Assembly (NCBI GenBank): GCA_021848825.1
Contig: JAJZTQ010000002.1
Location: 5,129 to 69,128, forward strand
Direction of reading: 5' to 3'
DNA: 64,000 bases
From: Pseudomonadota bacterium
GTDB taxonomy: Bacteria; Pseudomonadota; Gammaproteobacteria; Burkholderiales; JABEVD01
Shown here piece after piece: positions 52,216-62,225 of this stretch; within the stretch, counting starts at the first letter, position 1, and each line of letters begins with the position of its first letter. A program made the position numbers and the translations under genes. The notes under the pieces were generated by a model. The model saw only the letters and a program-made list of their open reading frames with translations, was not told the origin of the DNA and did not search any database.

Positions 52216-52631
52216 AAATGCTTATTCCTTTGGACGGCTCGGATGCTGCGCTTCATGCGGTGGATCATGTCATCGAGACGGCGAAGTTTTATCAGGGCGG
52301 AGTGGAAGTGCATCTGCTCAATGTCCAGTTTCCCATCCTCTCCGGCAATGTACGGACATTCGTAAGCGCCGACAAGATAGAGGAATATTACAGGGAAGAG
52401 GGCATGAAGGCCCTGAAGGACGCAAGGCAGAGGCTGGATGCGGCATGCATTGCCTTTCATGTCCATATCGGCGTCGGGAGTGTCGCCGAAACCATTCTGC
52501 GTTATGCGAAGGAGACGGGATGCGACCAGATCTGCATGGCGAGGCACGGCATCGGAAAGGTTGCACTGCTCGGCTCGGTTGCCGGGAAACTGTTGCATGC
52601 TTCTGAAATCCCTGTGCTCTTCGTCAGATAG
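52212..52631 (+). CDS. Universal stress protein
   Basis: LIPLDGS, LLNVQ, ICMARHG, LGSVA..LLH...PVL. Confidence 0.9.
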   Translation: MKMLIPLDGSDAALHAVDHVIETAKFYQGGVEVHLLNVQFPILSGNVRTFVSADKIEEYYREEGMKALKDARQRLDAACIAFHVHIGVGSVAETILRYAKETGCDQICMARHGIGKVALLGSVAGKLLHASEIPVLFVR

Positions 52632-52697
52632 GATTACCATATATTGCGGCAGATGGTGCATAATTGTCCCGATTGTCCGTATGATTCGAAATATGAC

Positions 52698-53507
52698 ATG
52701 GATTCAAGCCGTGTACTGGAAATTGCCAGCAAATCCGATGCAGGTCTTGTGCGTTCGCACAACGAGGACAGCATCGGTTCGGATGCTTCAATCGGGCTTG
52801 CAGTCCTGGCTGATGGCATGGGCGGATACAATGCCGGGGAGGTGGCGAGCGGCATCGCCGTTTCCATGATCACATCCGGCATGAAGGCCGCGCTTTCCGG
52901 CCGGGGACAACCGGATGAGGCCAGCGGGGAAAGCATGTTGCGCGAACAGGTTGCGGCTGCAAACAGCGCGATATTCAATGCCGCAAGGCAGAGAAAGGAA
53001 TGCGAAGGCATGGGGACGACCCTCGTCGCCGCGCTTTTCTTCGATGGGAAGGTGAGCGTCGCCCATCTCGGGGACTCCCGCATGTACAGACTGCGCGGCG
53101 GGAAGCTGGAGATCATGACGCACGACCATTCCCTGCTGCAGGAGCAGCTTGACAGCGGCATGCTGACAAAGGAAGAGGCCAGGTTCTCCCAGTACAGGAA
53201 CATCGTGACGAGGGCGCTGGGAATCGAACAGGATGTGGAGATAGAGATCAGGAGCTTCGATGTGCAGCCCGACGACCTCTACCTGCTTTGTTCAGACGGG
53301 CTGAATGACATGCTCGAAGACGAGGAAATAGGGCTTGTCCTGGATACGCTGAGATCGAATCTGAAGCTGGCGGCCGAGAAGCTCGTGGCTCTCGCAAATG
53401 AAAATGGCGGGCGCGACAACATTTCGGTTATCCTCGTGAAAGTGAAGCAGGGAATCGGGGTCCAGCGCGGACTGATGTCGAGGCTCATGTCATCATTCAG
53501 GAAATAA
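52698..53507 (+). CDS. PP2C-type Ser/Thr phosphatase (Stp1/PrpC-like)
   Basis: RSHNED, ADGMGG, MGTT, HLGDSR, TRALG, LCSDGL, GGRDNIS. Confidence 0.93.
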   Translation: MDSSRVLEIASKSDAGLVRSHNEDSIGSDASIGLAVLADGMGGYNAGEVASGIAVSMITSGMKAALSGRGQPDEASGESMLREQVAAANSAIFNAARQRKECEGMGTTLVAALFFDGKVSVAHLGDSRMYRLRGGKLEIMTHDHSLLQEQLDSGMLTKEEARFSQYRNIVTRALGIEQDVEIEIRSFDVQPDDLYLLCSDGLNDMLEDEEIGLVLDTLRSNLKLAAEKLVALANENGGRDNISVILVKVKQGIGVQRGLMSRLMSSFRK

Positions 53508-53521
53508 AGGGGCAGTTTATC

Positions 53522-54235
53522 ATGTCGAAATTGATTCTCAGCCTTGACGGGAAGGAGCTCAAGGAAGTCCCGCTCGACAAGGAGCGCATCCTGATAGGGA
53601 GAAAATCGCAGAACGACATCCAGATCGACGATGTCGCCGTGAGCGGCGAGCACGCAGTCGTCATCACGATTCTCAACGATTCCTTCCTTGAGGACATGGG
53701 GAGCACGAACGGCACCAGAGTCAATGGCACCAGCGTCAAGAAATACTTCCTGCAGAACCATGATGTGATAGGGATAGGGAAATACAAGCTCACCTACATC
53801 CACGAGGCGGTCCCGCGTCCCGCCATTCACGAGCCGGCCCAGCGCGCTGTGCCTGACCTCGAGAAGACGGTCATGCTGCGCCCCTCCAGCGTATCGGCGA
53901 TGCTGCCTTCCTCCGTTTCCGCGCCGGTGGAAAAGTCGGAGGAGAAGGCGCCCCCTCCTCCGCCCAAGCCATCGTCAGGCGCTGCGGTGCAGCTTCTCAC
54001 CGGACCCAGTGCCGGACGGGAGCTCGATCTCGTCAAGAACCTGACCACATTGGGCAAGCCCGGCGTACAGGTTGCGGTCATCACGAGAAGGCCGCAGGGC
54101 TTCTTCATCACGCATGTCGACGGGGAAAAATCGCCTGTGCTCAATGGCAAGCCGATAGGATTGCAGCCCCATCCCCTCAAGGACCATGATATCGTCGAGC
54201 TGCTCGGCATCAAGATGGAATTTTTTCTGAAATAG
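53522..54235 (+). CDS. FHA-domain protein (canonical N-terminal FHA plus degenerate C-terminal FHA)
   Basis: IGRK, VSGEHA, STNGT; Pro-rich linker; C-terminal LGKPG...LNG...LKDHDIVE. Confidence 0.88.
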   Translation: MSKLILSLDGKELKEVPLDKERILIGRKSQNDIQIDDVAVSGEHAVVITILNDSFLEDMGSTNGTRVNGTSVKKYFLQNHDVIGIGKYKLTYIHEAVPRPAIHEPAQRAVPDLEKTVMLRPSSVSAMLPSSVSAPVEKSEEKAPPPPPKPSSGAAVQLLTGPSAGRELDLVKNLTTLGKPGVQVAVITRRPQGFFITHVDGEKSPVLNGKPIGLQPHPLKDHDIVELLGIKMEFFLK

Positions 54236-54243
54236 GCAAAACA

Positions 54244-55008
54244 GTGAAGCTCAGGGTTCTCGGGTGCAGCGGCGGGATAGGAGGAGAATTGCAGACCACT
54301 TCCTTTCTTCTGGATGATGACATACTGATCGATGCGGGAACCGGGACCGGAAGGCTGTCCCTGGAAGCGATGCGCAACATAGATCATATCTTCCTCACCC
54401 ACTCCCATCTCGATCATGTCGCATTCATTCCGCTGCTTGTCGACAGCGTGGGCTATCTCAGGCAGAAGCCGATAACGGTCCATGCGATTCCTGAAACCAT
54501 AGCGGCATTGAAGCAGCATCTTTTCAACTGGGTGATATGGCCCGATTTCAGCGTGATCCCGAACACGGAATCTCCCTATCTGGTTTTCGAGGAGATTTCG
54601 GTGGGGGAAACGGTCAGGCTGGGGGATCGGAAAATCACGGCCTTGCCTGCAGTCCATACCGTACCTGCAGTCGGCTATCATCTGGAAAGCGGAAAGGGAA
54701 GTCTCGTTTTCAGCGGCGATACCACCACCAACGATGCATTCTGGGAACGGGTGAATGAAATCGACGATCTCAGATACCTGATCATCGAGACCGCCTTTTC
54801 AAACGGCGAAAGGGAAATCGCGATCCTTTCGAAGCATCTTTGTCCCAGCCTTTTGGGCGAAGAACTGGCTAAACTTGAAAAGGATGTGCCTGTCTACATC
54901 ACGCATCTCAAGCCTGGGGAATTGTCGCTGATCATGGCGGAGATCGGCGAGGGCATATCGGGGGTCAGAACAGAAATGCTTGTAAACGAACAGATATTCG
55001 AAATATGA
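54244..55008 (+). CDS. Class II 3',5'-cyclic nucleotide phosphodiesterase (MBL fold)
   Basis: VLGCSGG, IDAGTG, THSHLDH, HLFNWVIWPDF, HTVP, SGDT, IIETAF, THLKP. Confidence 0.82.
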   Translation: MKLRVLGCSGGIGGELQTTSFLLDDDILIDAGTGTGRLSLEAMRNIDHIFLTHSHLDHVAFIPLLVDSVGYLRQKPITVHAIPETIAALKQHLFNWVIWPDFSVIPNTESPYLVFEEISVGETVRLGDRKITALPAVHTVPAVGYHLESGKGSLVFSGDTTTNDAFWERVNEIDDLRYLIIETAFSNGEREIAILSKHLCPSLLGEELAKLEKDVPVYITHLKPGELSLIMAEIGEGISGVRTEMLVNEQIFEI

Positions 55009-55009
55009 C

Positions 55010-57388
55010 ATGTCCAAACTGACAGACATATCGAGCGGCAGCATCCCTGTGCCGGGGGAAAGCCTTGCCGATGTCAGCATCAAGCTGAATTTCACCAAGG
55101 CCCTCCAGTCCCTGACCAACAGGATTCATGCCACGGGAAATTTCGACGAGATCATCTTCGATCTCGGCAAGGACATCTGCACCCTTTTCAACGCGGACAG
55201 GATCACGATCTACGTCGTGAGCGAAGACAAGACATCCATCGTCTCGAAAATCAAGACAGGGCTTTCCTCGTTCAAGGACTTGAAGCTGCCGATTTCCGAT
55301 CAAAGCATCGCGGGCTATGTCGCGAGGCACAAGAAGATGGTGAACGTCAAGGATGTGTACGACGAAAAGGAGCTGCAGTCCTACAGTCCCCAGCTTCACT
55401 TCATGAGGGAGGTGGACAAGCGCACGGGCTACCGGACCAAGCAGATGCTCGTCGCGCCGATAGTCGATGCGGAAAACGAGCTCGTGGGCGTGCTTCAGAT
55501 CATCAACAACAAGTTCGGCCTGCCATTTCAGCCGATGACGGAAGAGGGGGTGGTCGAACTCGCCAAGACCCTCGCCATCGCATTCAAGCAGAGACAGCGT
55601 CCCCATCAGCTCGTCAGGACGCGTTTCGACGTGCTGATAGCGGAAGGCGCGATTTCTGCAGTCGAGTTCGATCTTGCGTCCAGGTCCGCGAGAAGGCGGG
55701 ACGTGCCGCTGGAAGACGTGCTGCTGGACGAATTCCAGGTGAAGCCGGCTGCATTGGGCAAGTCGCTTGCTCACTTCTTCGACGTGGAATACGAGCCTTT
55801 CAGGTCTGACAGGACAAGACCCGCCGATCTCTTGAAGAACATCAAGCGGGATTATGTCGAAGCGAATCAATGGCTGCCTGTCGAGGAGGCCAAGGAAGGC
55901 ATCGTCATCATCAGCCCGGACCCGGAGAGGGCGCAGGGTTCCCGCATTCCCCACAATGTCTTTCCGAAGAGAAAGCTCGTTTTCAGGGTCTGTTCCCATC
56001 GGGAATTCGCGCAGACGGTCAACCTTTTTTATGCCGAAGAAGGCGGTTCTTCCATAGGAGATCTGCTTTCTTCCATGGATGACGAATCGGAGAGCGAGGA
56101 CATTTCCGACGAGCTTTCTGCTGCAGCGGACAACGAACTCGTCAAGCTCGTCAACAAGATCATCACGGATGCGCACAGGATGGGGGCATCCGACATCCAT
56201 ATCGAACCTTCTCCTGGAAAGGGAAAGACGCTGGTCAGGTTCCGCAAGGACGGAACGCTGCTGCCTTATGTCGAAGTCCCCGCCTCCTACAGAAACGCCA
56301 TCGTTGCCCGCGTCAAGATCATGTGCGATCTGGATATCTCCGAAAAGAGAAGGCCGCAGGACGGCAAGATCCTTTTCAGGAAATTCGCGCCGCTCAACAT
56401 CGAATTGCGTGTCGCGACCATCCCCTCGGCGGGAGGGGTGGAAGACATCGTGATGAGGATTCTGGCATCGGGCGACCCCATTCCCCTTGAAAAGATAGGC
56501 TTCTCTCAAAAGGCGTTCGATACGCTGAAATCGATCGTCACGAAGCCTTACGGCCTTTTCCTGGTCTGCGGACCGACAGGTTCGGGAAAGACGACGACGC
56601 TCCACTCGGTGCTCGGATACATCAATACCCCGCAGACCAAGATATGGACTGCCGAGGATCCGGTCGAGATCACCCAGAAGGGGTTGCGGCAGGTTCAGAT
56701 GAATCCCAAGGCCGGCCTCACTTTCGCGACGGCGATGCGCGCCTTTCTCCGCGCCGATCCGGATGTGATCATGGTGGGCGAAATGCGCGACAAGGAGACC
56801 ACATCGGTAGGCATCGAGGCGTCCCTCACCGGGCACCTCGTGATGTCGACGCTTCACACCAACAGCGCACCCGAGAGCATCGTCAGGCTGCTCGACATGG
56901 GCATGGATCCTTTCAATTTCTCCGATGCCATTCTCGGCATACTGGCGCAGAGGCTGATCAAGCGATTGTGCAGGCATTGCAGGAAAGCCTCGGTTGCAAC
57001 GGAACGGGAAATCAGGCAGCTCCTTGCCGAATACTGCGAGGAGCTGAAGCATACTTCGGCCTGGAAGCAGGATTCAGAAGCGGTTCTGAAGAAGATCTAC
57101 GAAGAATGGGCTGGAAGCTACGCGAATGAAAAAGGCGAATTCGTCCTTCATCATCCTGTCGGCTGCCCCGAATGCAGCGGCACGGGATACAGCGGCCGTC
57201 AGGGCATATTCGAACTGCTCAAGGGCACGGACGAGATCAAGCGGCATATCCAGGAAAGGGCGCAGGTTTCAACGCTTTTTGCGACCGCGCTTGACGAAGG
57301 CATGCGCACCCTGAAGCAGGACGGTATAGAAAAGGTGCTTCAGGGCATCACCGACATGCATCAGGTGAGAACGGCCTGCGTCAAATAA
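55010..57388 (+). CDS. GspE/PilB-family ATPase with N-terminal GAF domain
   Basis: GAF: ADRITIY, IAGYVA, VDKRTGYRTKQML..PI, GVLQIIN. ATPase: ASDIHIEP, GPTGSGKTTT, EDPVE, LRADPD, STLHTN, CxxC pairs. Confidence 0.9.
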   Translation: MSKLTDISSGSIPVPGESLADVSIKLNFTKALQSLTNRIHATGNFDEIIFDLGKDICTLFNADRITIYVVSEDKTSIVSKIKTGLSSFKDLKLPISDQSIAGYVARHKKMVNVKDVYDEKELQSYSPQLHFMREVDKRTGYRTKQMLVAPIVDAENELVGVLQIINNKFGLPFQPMTEEGVVELAKTLAIAFKQRQRPHQLVRTRFDVLIAEGAISAVEFDLASRSARRRDVPLEDVLLDEFQVKPAALGKSLAHFFDVEYEPFRSDRTRPADLLKNIKRDYVEANQWLPVEEAKEGIVIISPDPERAQGSRIPHNVFPKRKLVFRVCSHREFAQTVNLFYAEEGGSSIGDLLSSMDDESESEDISDELSAAADNELVKLVNKIITDAHRMGASDIHIEPSPGKGKTLVRFRKDGTLLPYVEVPASYRNAIVARVKIMCDLDISEKRRPQDGKILFRKFAPLNIELRVATIPSAGGVEDIVMRILASGDPIPLEKIGFSQKAFDTLKSIVTKPYGLFLVCGPTGSGKTTTLHSVLGYINTPQTKIWTAEDPVEITQKGLRQVQMNPKAGLTFATAMRAFLRADPDVIMVGEMRDKETTSVGIEASLTGHLVMSTLHTNSAPESIVRLLDMGMDPFNFSDAILGILAQRLIKRLCRHCRKASVATEREIRQLLAEYCEELKHTSAWKQDSEAVLKKIYEEWAGSYANEKGEFVLHHPVGCPECSGTGYSGRQGIFELLKGTDEIKRHIQERAQVSTLFATALDEGMRTLKQDGIEKVLQGITDMHQVRTACVK

Positions 57389-57389
57389 T

Positions 57390-59519
57390 TCAGTCCTTCA
57401 TCTCCCTTTTCTTGCGGTAGCTCGACAGCAGCTTGTACGCGATCAGTCCGAGCATGATCAGTATCAGTGCCAGGATGCCGTAGAAAACATAGGGATGGGC
57501 ATAGAGAAAGGAGGATGCGAAAGAGATGTCCCCCTTCTCCCCGGTGGTGTATTTTTTCCCGACGGAGATCGACACCACGTCATAGTTCGGCACATTGAGC
57601 TTGATCAGCGAAACGCCGCCTTTCATCCTCGCCAGTATGTCCGGCTGCAGTAGGGCATCGCCGAGCTTGGCAACGTCGCCGTCGTCCTGCGCCGTCATGA
57701 GCACAACGGACCTGCCTTTCTTGTATGGCGATTCGAATTCCATGACAAGTCCGGTGCCGTTTCCGAGTCCGCTCAGCTGCTTGCTGAATGAAATCGTTGT
57801 TTCGCTGTCCCAGCCCCTGCTGACGGGATAGGGTATGGTGGCGATGCCGTGCAGTTGTACGGGCGCGCGCGCCATGATCGACTCTGGAATGGAGGAGGAT
57901 TTCCCGATGACCAGTATTTCTCCTTCCCAGTTCTTCGGCTCGCTGAAGGAGATTCGGGTTTCGAAGAGGGGGAAACCGTTCTTCTGGGTGATCATTCCTA
58001 TCATGTCGAGCGCCGCGTCGATCGAGGCGTCATCGGGTTTGGGCAGATAGACGATGGTCTTGAACCCGTCAGGCCACCTCGTGAAGGGAAAGCCGTTGAG
58101 CGAGAAGAGTTCGAGCTTGGGCAATTCGACGAAATGCGGCATGGGCGGAAAGAAAAGCGTCGAATTTCCGAAAATCGTCACGAAAAGCCCATCCGTTATG
58201 TCGACATCGCATACCTGGTGCTGGGTATTGAGATAGGGCTTGAATGAAATCGTGTTGGTTCCCGGCTTGAACAGGTAGGTCGGGATATCCATCCTGTAGT
58301 CCTTGATGTAATTGCCATCAGGATTGTTGAGGTGGATATCGCGAAACTCCTTGCCATTCACGTTAATGCTGAGCGAGGAATCCTGGCGCAAGCCTGAACC
58401 GTAGGAAAGGTTCAATATCAGTTTTGCATACTGGTTCTGCCTGATCAGAAAGTCGGGCGGGAGCCTGAAGGTGAGGATAGATGCGGCATCGACAAAACCG
58501 TGGAAGCTGTGGGAATCCATCCCCAGCGTCTTGAAATCATAGACCTTGTCTGAAGAAAGCACTTCTCTTCCGCCATACATCGAAATGTCGGGCATGGTGA
58601 AGCTGTAGGCGCGCAATTCATCCGTTCCCGGATAAGGGAGGGACATGTTGGTGAAGGTTTCGGCAGCGATCTTGATCGCCTTGGCCGTGTCGCCGGACAC
58701 CACAATCAGGGCGTGCTGATCGTCCTCTGCTCCGGCTTCGGGCAAATGGAGAATCTTGATGTAGCCGCCCTGTCCCTCGGGAAGGGTCTTGCCGTATCTG
58801 GCGAGCACCCCGTCTGCAAACCGGGTCGTTCCGATCAACACATTGTCCATCCCCGGCTTGATATCGAGAGAATGCGAGAACTTTACCTGGCGATAATCGA
58901 AATGCCTCGCGATGCCGGATGCGACGATTCCGGCCAGCGTCGTGATTTCGGGGGAAGTGGCATCCATGACCAGGTTGATCGAGGCCTCGGGAACCTGTTT
59001 CGGGTCGAGAATCAGACCGATTGCTTCGGCCAGATGCAGCGGCAGCGGCTTCAGGCTGTAATCGAGCTGGATGGTGGAATCGGTCAGGCTGATGTTTGTC
59101 CAGAGATCCGGGGAACAGATCTGTTCGCACTGGCCGGAGAGATAATGCTGGACGACCTGGAAAGAAACGGTGTTGTATCCTGCCTTCAGGTGGTCAGGGG
59201 GAAGCGGCACATCCACCACGCCTTCCGGCGACTGGGTATTGAGCTTGAATTGCGAGACGGACATGCCATTGAGCTGCACCGCCATCTGGGAGCTGCTTGC
59301 AATCATGTTGTTCGAAGCCATGTAGTGCAGCTTCAGGGTGGCGCCGTGCACATCCCATCTTTCAGGAATGGGAATGGACAAATTCTGAACCGAGCGGATG
59401 CATTTCAGTTCGAGGGTGGGAACCGGCGAGAACTTCTGCAGCGGCAGGGTGAGTGTATCGGCAAATGCTGTCGTGCTCAGGAACAGCATGGCAAGGATCA
59501 GGCTGAATGATTTTGTCAT
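57390..59519 (-). CDS. bcsB: Cellulose synthase periplasmic subunit
   Basis: Signal peptide, CEQICSPDLW, FRLPPD, LPKL..F..NGFPF, ESP, single C-terminal TM; follows bcsA. Confidence 0.85.
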   Translation of the reverse strand: MTKSFSLILAMLFLSTTAFADTLTLPLQKFSPVPTLELKCIRSVQNLSIPIPERWDVHGATLKLHYMASNNMIASSSQMAVQLNGMSVSQFKLNTQSPEGVVDVPLPPDHLKAGYNTVSFQVVQHYLSGQCEQICSPDLWTNISLTDSTIQLDYSLKPLPLHLAEAIGLILDPKQVPEASINLVMDATSPEITTLAGIVASGIARHFDYRQVKFSHSLDIKPGMDNVLIGTTRFADGVLARYGKTLPEGQGGYIKILHLPEAGAEDDQHALIVVSGDTAKAIKIAAETFTNMSLPYPGTDELRAYSFTMPDISMYGGREVLSSDKVYDFKTLGMDSHSFHGFVDAASILTFRLPPDFLIRQNQYAKLILNLSYGSGLRQDSSLSINVNGKEFRDIHLNNPDGNYIKDYRMDIPTYLFKPGTNTISFKPYLNTQHQVCDVDITDGLFVTIFGNSTLFFPPMPHFVELPKLELFSLNGFPFTRWPDGFKTIVYLPKPDDASIDAALDMIGMITQKNGFPLFETRISFSEPKNWEGEILVIGKSSSIPESIMARAPVQLHGIATIPYPVSRGWDSETTISFSKQLSGLGNGTGLVMEFESPYKKGRSVVLMTAQDDGDVAKLGDALLQPDILARMKGGVSLIKLNVPNYDVVSISVGKKYTTGEKGDISFASSFLYAHPYVFYGILALILIMLGLIAYKLLSSYRKKREMKD

Positions 59520-59536
59520 TTTATGGATATTTCTTG

Positions 59537-62224
59537 CTAGATATTGTTTTCGCGTGGTTTGGCAGGTCTTCTGAAAAATATGGGTGATGAGCGTATCAGC
59601 TGCAGGCTGCTTCCGTATACGTATTTGACGATTCTGGGATAAGTCGACGTGTCCGGAATGAATTCAGTGCCGCAAAGAAGCTTGTTGCCGCGCTTCACCG
59701 CCCTTCTTATCCTGCAGTCGAACTGATATTGGGCACCCTCTTTGGTCGTGATGTCGAGCGTCACAGGCTCGCCCCCATGCAATGGCAGGGGCAATTCAAT
59801 CAATATCCCGATGCCGGAGAGCGATATATCCATGATATTGCCTTGGACGCTCGCATTCAGGCTGGGGAAGTAAACCATGGCCCGTCCTTTGCCTTCGATG
59901 CGCTGAAACTTGCGAACTGGCCTCTTTTTCACCAGTTCAAAAATCCTGGCCTGCCCCTGGTAAAAATAATAAACAGTTCTGCTCAGGGTCATCAACAACA
60001 TGTCAAGCAGCAAAGACGAGGTAAGGCACTGTATCAAGAGCCTCCAGAGGAATTTCATGGAGTCTGAAAAGAAAGCGAATCCGCTTACCCAGATTGCCTT
60101 GACGCCCATTTTCGAAAAATGCCAGAGCATGTGGAATGTATCGCGTTTCCTCGCCTTCGCGTTCCAGATTTCCTGCCATCTTTGGCTGTCGCCGAAGACG
60201 TAGCTGATGATTTCTGCAGCAGGCGCGGCCAGGAATTCGCTCCCGCAGACATACCTGCCGCTCATCTTTTCGATGTGCCTGATATTGTTTTCGAAGCGAT
60301 ATTCACGGCCATAGCTGTCCCTGACTTCCAGAATGATCCTGTCCTGCTCCATTGGTAAAATGGACGAATCGATTTCGAAACCTATCCCTGTCCTCGAGAC
60401 GTCGCGGACTTTGCCGACGACCGATTTTCCCAGGCGCTGGAAGCGGACGATCACGTCACCGCTGGACGCTATCCGGTGAAATTGCCGCTCCTGCTTTCTC
60501 TCCCACAGCGCGCCCAGTGAAACCAGGACGATGGAAAGGTTATAAAGCGACCATGCGCCCGTCACTGCGATAACGTCGCGCATGATCGGTGTGGCAAACC
60601 ATTTTATGACTGAAAGAATCAGGGCGGCGACGTTGAAGGCGATGAGCAGGAAAAAAGGCGTTGCAATCGGACTCAGGTATTCCCTTGTGTTGAGTTTTCC
60701 CTTCGGGGTAACCTTGAATGTCGGTTTCCAGGGGTTGGCCACCGCGGAGAGGATGGCCGGAATCAGGAAAAGAGACTGGATCGTCTCGTAGATCTCCGAG
60801 AAGAAAGGGTTCCTCGAGCCGGAATAGAAAAAGTCCATGATCACCGAAATGCTCAGCACGTACGGAAGCGTGAACGAAATGATCTGAAGCCACGAGGCGT
60901 TATAGATGTTGAATCCGAGAATGAGGTAGGCGGCGGGGGCGATGAGGTAGATCACGCGCGCAAAACCGAACAGCCAGAAAAAACTGAAGTTGAAGTAATT
61001 CAGCCTTTGCCAGAAAGAAAGTCCCTTCATCTTCAGCGGGTTGTTGAACTGGGCGAGCTGTATCATGCCTTGCGCCCAGCGCGAGCGCTGGATCACATAG
61101 TCGTCATAGGTTTCCGGAGACAAGCCGCAGACCATCGGCTTGTTGACATAAATGCTCCTGTAGCCGCGCCTGTGCAGATGGAAGGCGGTTTCGACATCTT
61201 CCGTGATGGTGTTGCCGTAGAGTCCGCCTTCCTGTTCGAGATGCTTGCGCCTCAACAGCGCCGCAGATCCGCAAAAGTAGCTGGAATTCCAGAAATCCAT
61301 GGCGGGGTGAAGTTTGCGATAGAACAGGTCGCTTTCGGCATAGGGATTGGCGATGCCTGTCAGGCCCTTTTCGACTGGAGACGGGTTGATGAAAAAATGC
61401 GGCGTCTGAACGAGGAATACTTTCGGATCGACGATGAAATGCCCTACGGTATTCTTCAGGATATCCTTTGTCGGCACATGATCGCAGTCGAGAATCAGCA
61501 CAAGATCGCCCGAAGTGTGCTTCAGCGCATGGTTGATATTGCCGGCCTTCGCTTTCTGATTCGTTTCGCGCGTGATGTATCCGACGCCGAGTTCAGCTGC
61601 GACCTGCCTCAGGCTGCGATGCCTTTCCCATGCGTCCGTTCCGGATTCAGCATGGCTGCGCTTGTTCCGGGTGCTGCCGTCATCCAGGATATAGACATTC
61701 AGCTTGTCTTTCGGATAATCGATCTGGGCTGCCGCAGTGGCGGTAATGCGAACGATTTCTTCGGGTTCGTCATAAGTCGGGATGAGGACATCCACAGTGG
61801 GCAGCAATGCAGCATCTTCAGGCAAGGGAATGATGGGGCGATCGAGAGGCCAGACATTGATGAACATGCCGAGCAGGAGCATGACGAAACCGTATATTTC
61901 GGCAAGGTAGACGAGCATCATCGCTGCGAAATCCAGTGGGCCGGTATAGAAAAGGGTGCCGAATGTCCGCCACTGGATGTAGCGCAACCCCATGAATGTC
62001 ACCAGCAGGATCATGAGCAGGCGCCAGGGCTGCTCCCTTGATTTTTTCCAGAGGTACATCATGAAAATCAGGGCGAAGCCGCCCCATCCGAGCACCATCT
62101 GCCTGGAAAGGTCATAATATTCGTAGGTGAACTGAAGCAGATAGACAAGGGCGGCGATCAATATCGCACCGGTGGCCGCAAGCTGCAAATTGCTGTACTG
62201 TGCACGCACGCCTGTTCGGGTCAT
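59537..62224 (-). CDS. bcsA: Cellulose synthase catalytic subunit with two PilZ domains
   Basis: PTYDE, AKAGN, DCD, QTPH, FCGS, TED, QRSRW, FKVTPK gating loop; two RxxxR...DxSxxG pairs. Confidence 0.93.
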   Translation of the reverse strand: MTRTGVRAQYSNLQLAATGAILIAALVYLLQFTYEYYDLSRQMVLGWGGFALIFMMYLWKKSREQPWRLLMILLVTFMGLRYIQWRTFGTLFYTGPLDFAAMMLVYLAEIYGFVMLLLGMFINVWPLDRPIIPLPEDAALLPTVDVLIPTYDEPEEIVRITATAAAQIDYPKDKLNVYILDDGSTRNKRSHAESGTDAWERHRSLRQVAAELGVGYITRETNQKAKAGNINHALKHTSGDLVLILDCDHVPTKDILKNTVGHFIVDPKVFLVQTPHFFINPSPVEKGLTGIANPYAESDLFYRKLHPAMDFWNSSYFCGSAALLRRKHLEQEGGLYGNTITEDVETAFHLHRRGYRSIYVNKPMVCGLSPETYDDYVIQRSRWAQGMIQLAQFNNPLKMKGLSFWQRLNYFNFSFFWLFGFARVIYLIAPAAYLILGFNIYNASWLQIISFTLPYVLSISVIMDFFYSGSRNPFFSEIYETIQSLFLIPAILSAVANPWKPTFKVTPKGKLNTREYLSPIATPFFLLIAFNVAALILSVIKWFATPIMRDVIAVTGAWSLYNLSIVLVSLGALWERKQERQFHRIASSGDVIVRFQRLGKSVVGKVRDVSRTGIGFEIDSSILPMEQDRIILEVRDSYGREYRFENNIRHIEKMSGRYVCGSEFLAAPAAEIISYVFGDSQRWQEIWNAKARKRDTFHMLWHFSKMGVKAIWVSGFAFFSDSMKFLWRLLIQCLTSSLLLDMLLMTLSRTVYYFYQGQARIFELVKKRPVRKFQRIEGKGRAMVYFPSLNASVQGNIMDISLSGIGILIELPLPLHGGEPVTLDITTKEGAQYQFDCRIRRAVKRGNKLLCGTEFIPDTSTYPRIVKYVYGSSLQLIRSSPIFFRRPAKPRENNI

Positions 62225-62225
62225 A

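Noticed and set aside
54965..57052. 695-aa minus-strand ORF
   Set aside because: Antisense to the GAF-ATPase, with no motifs.
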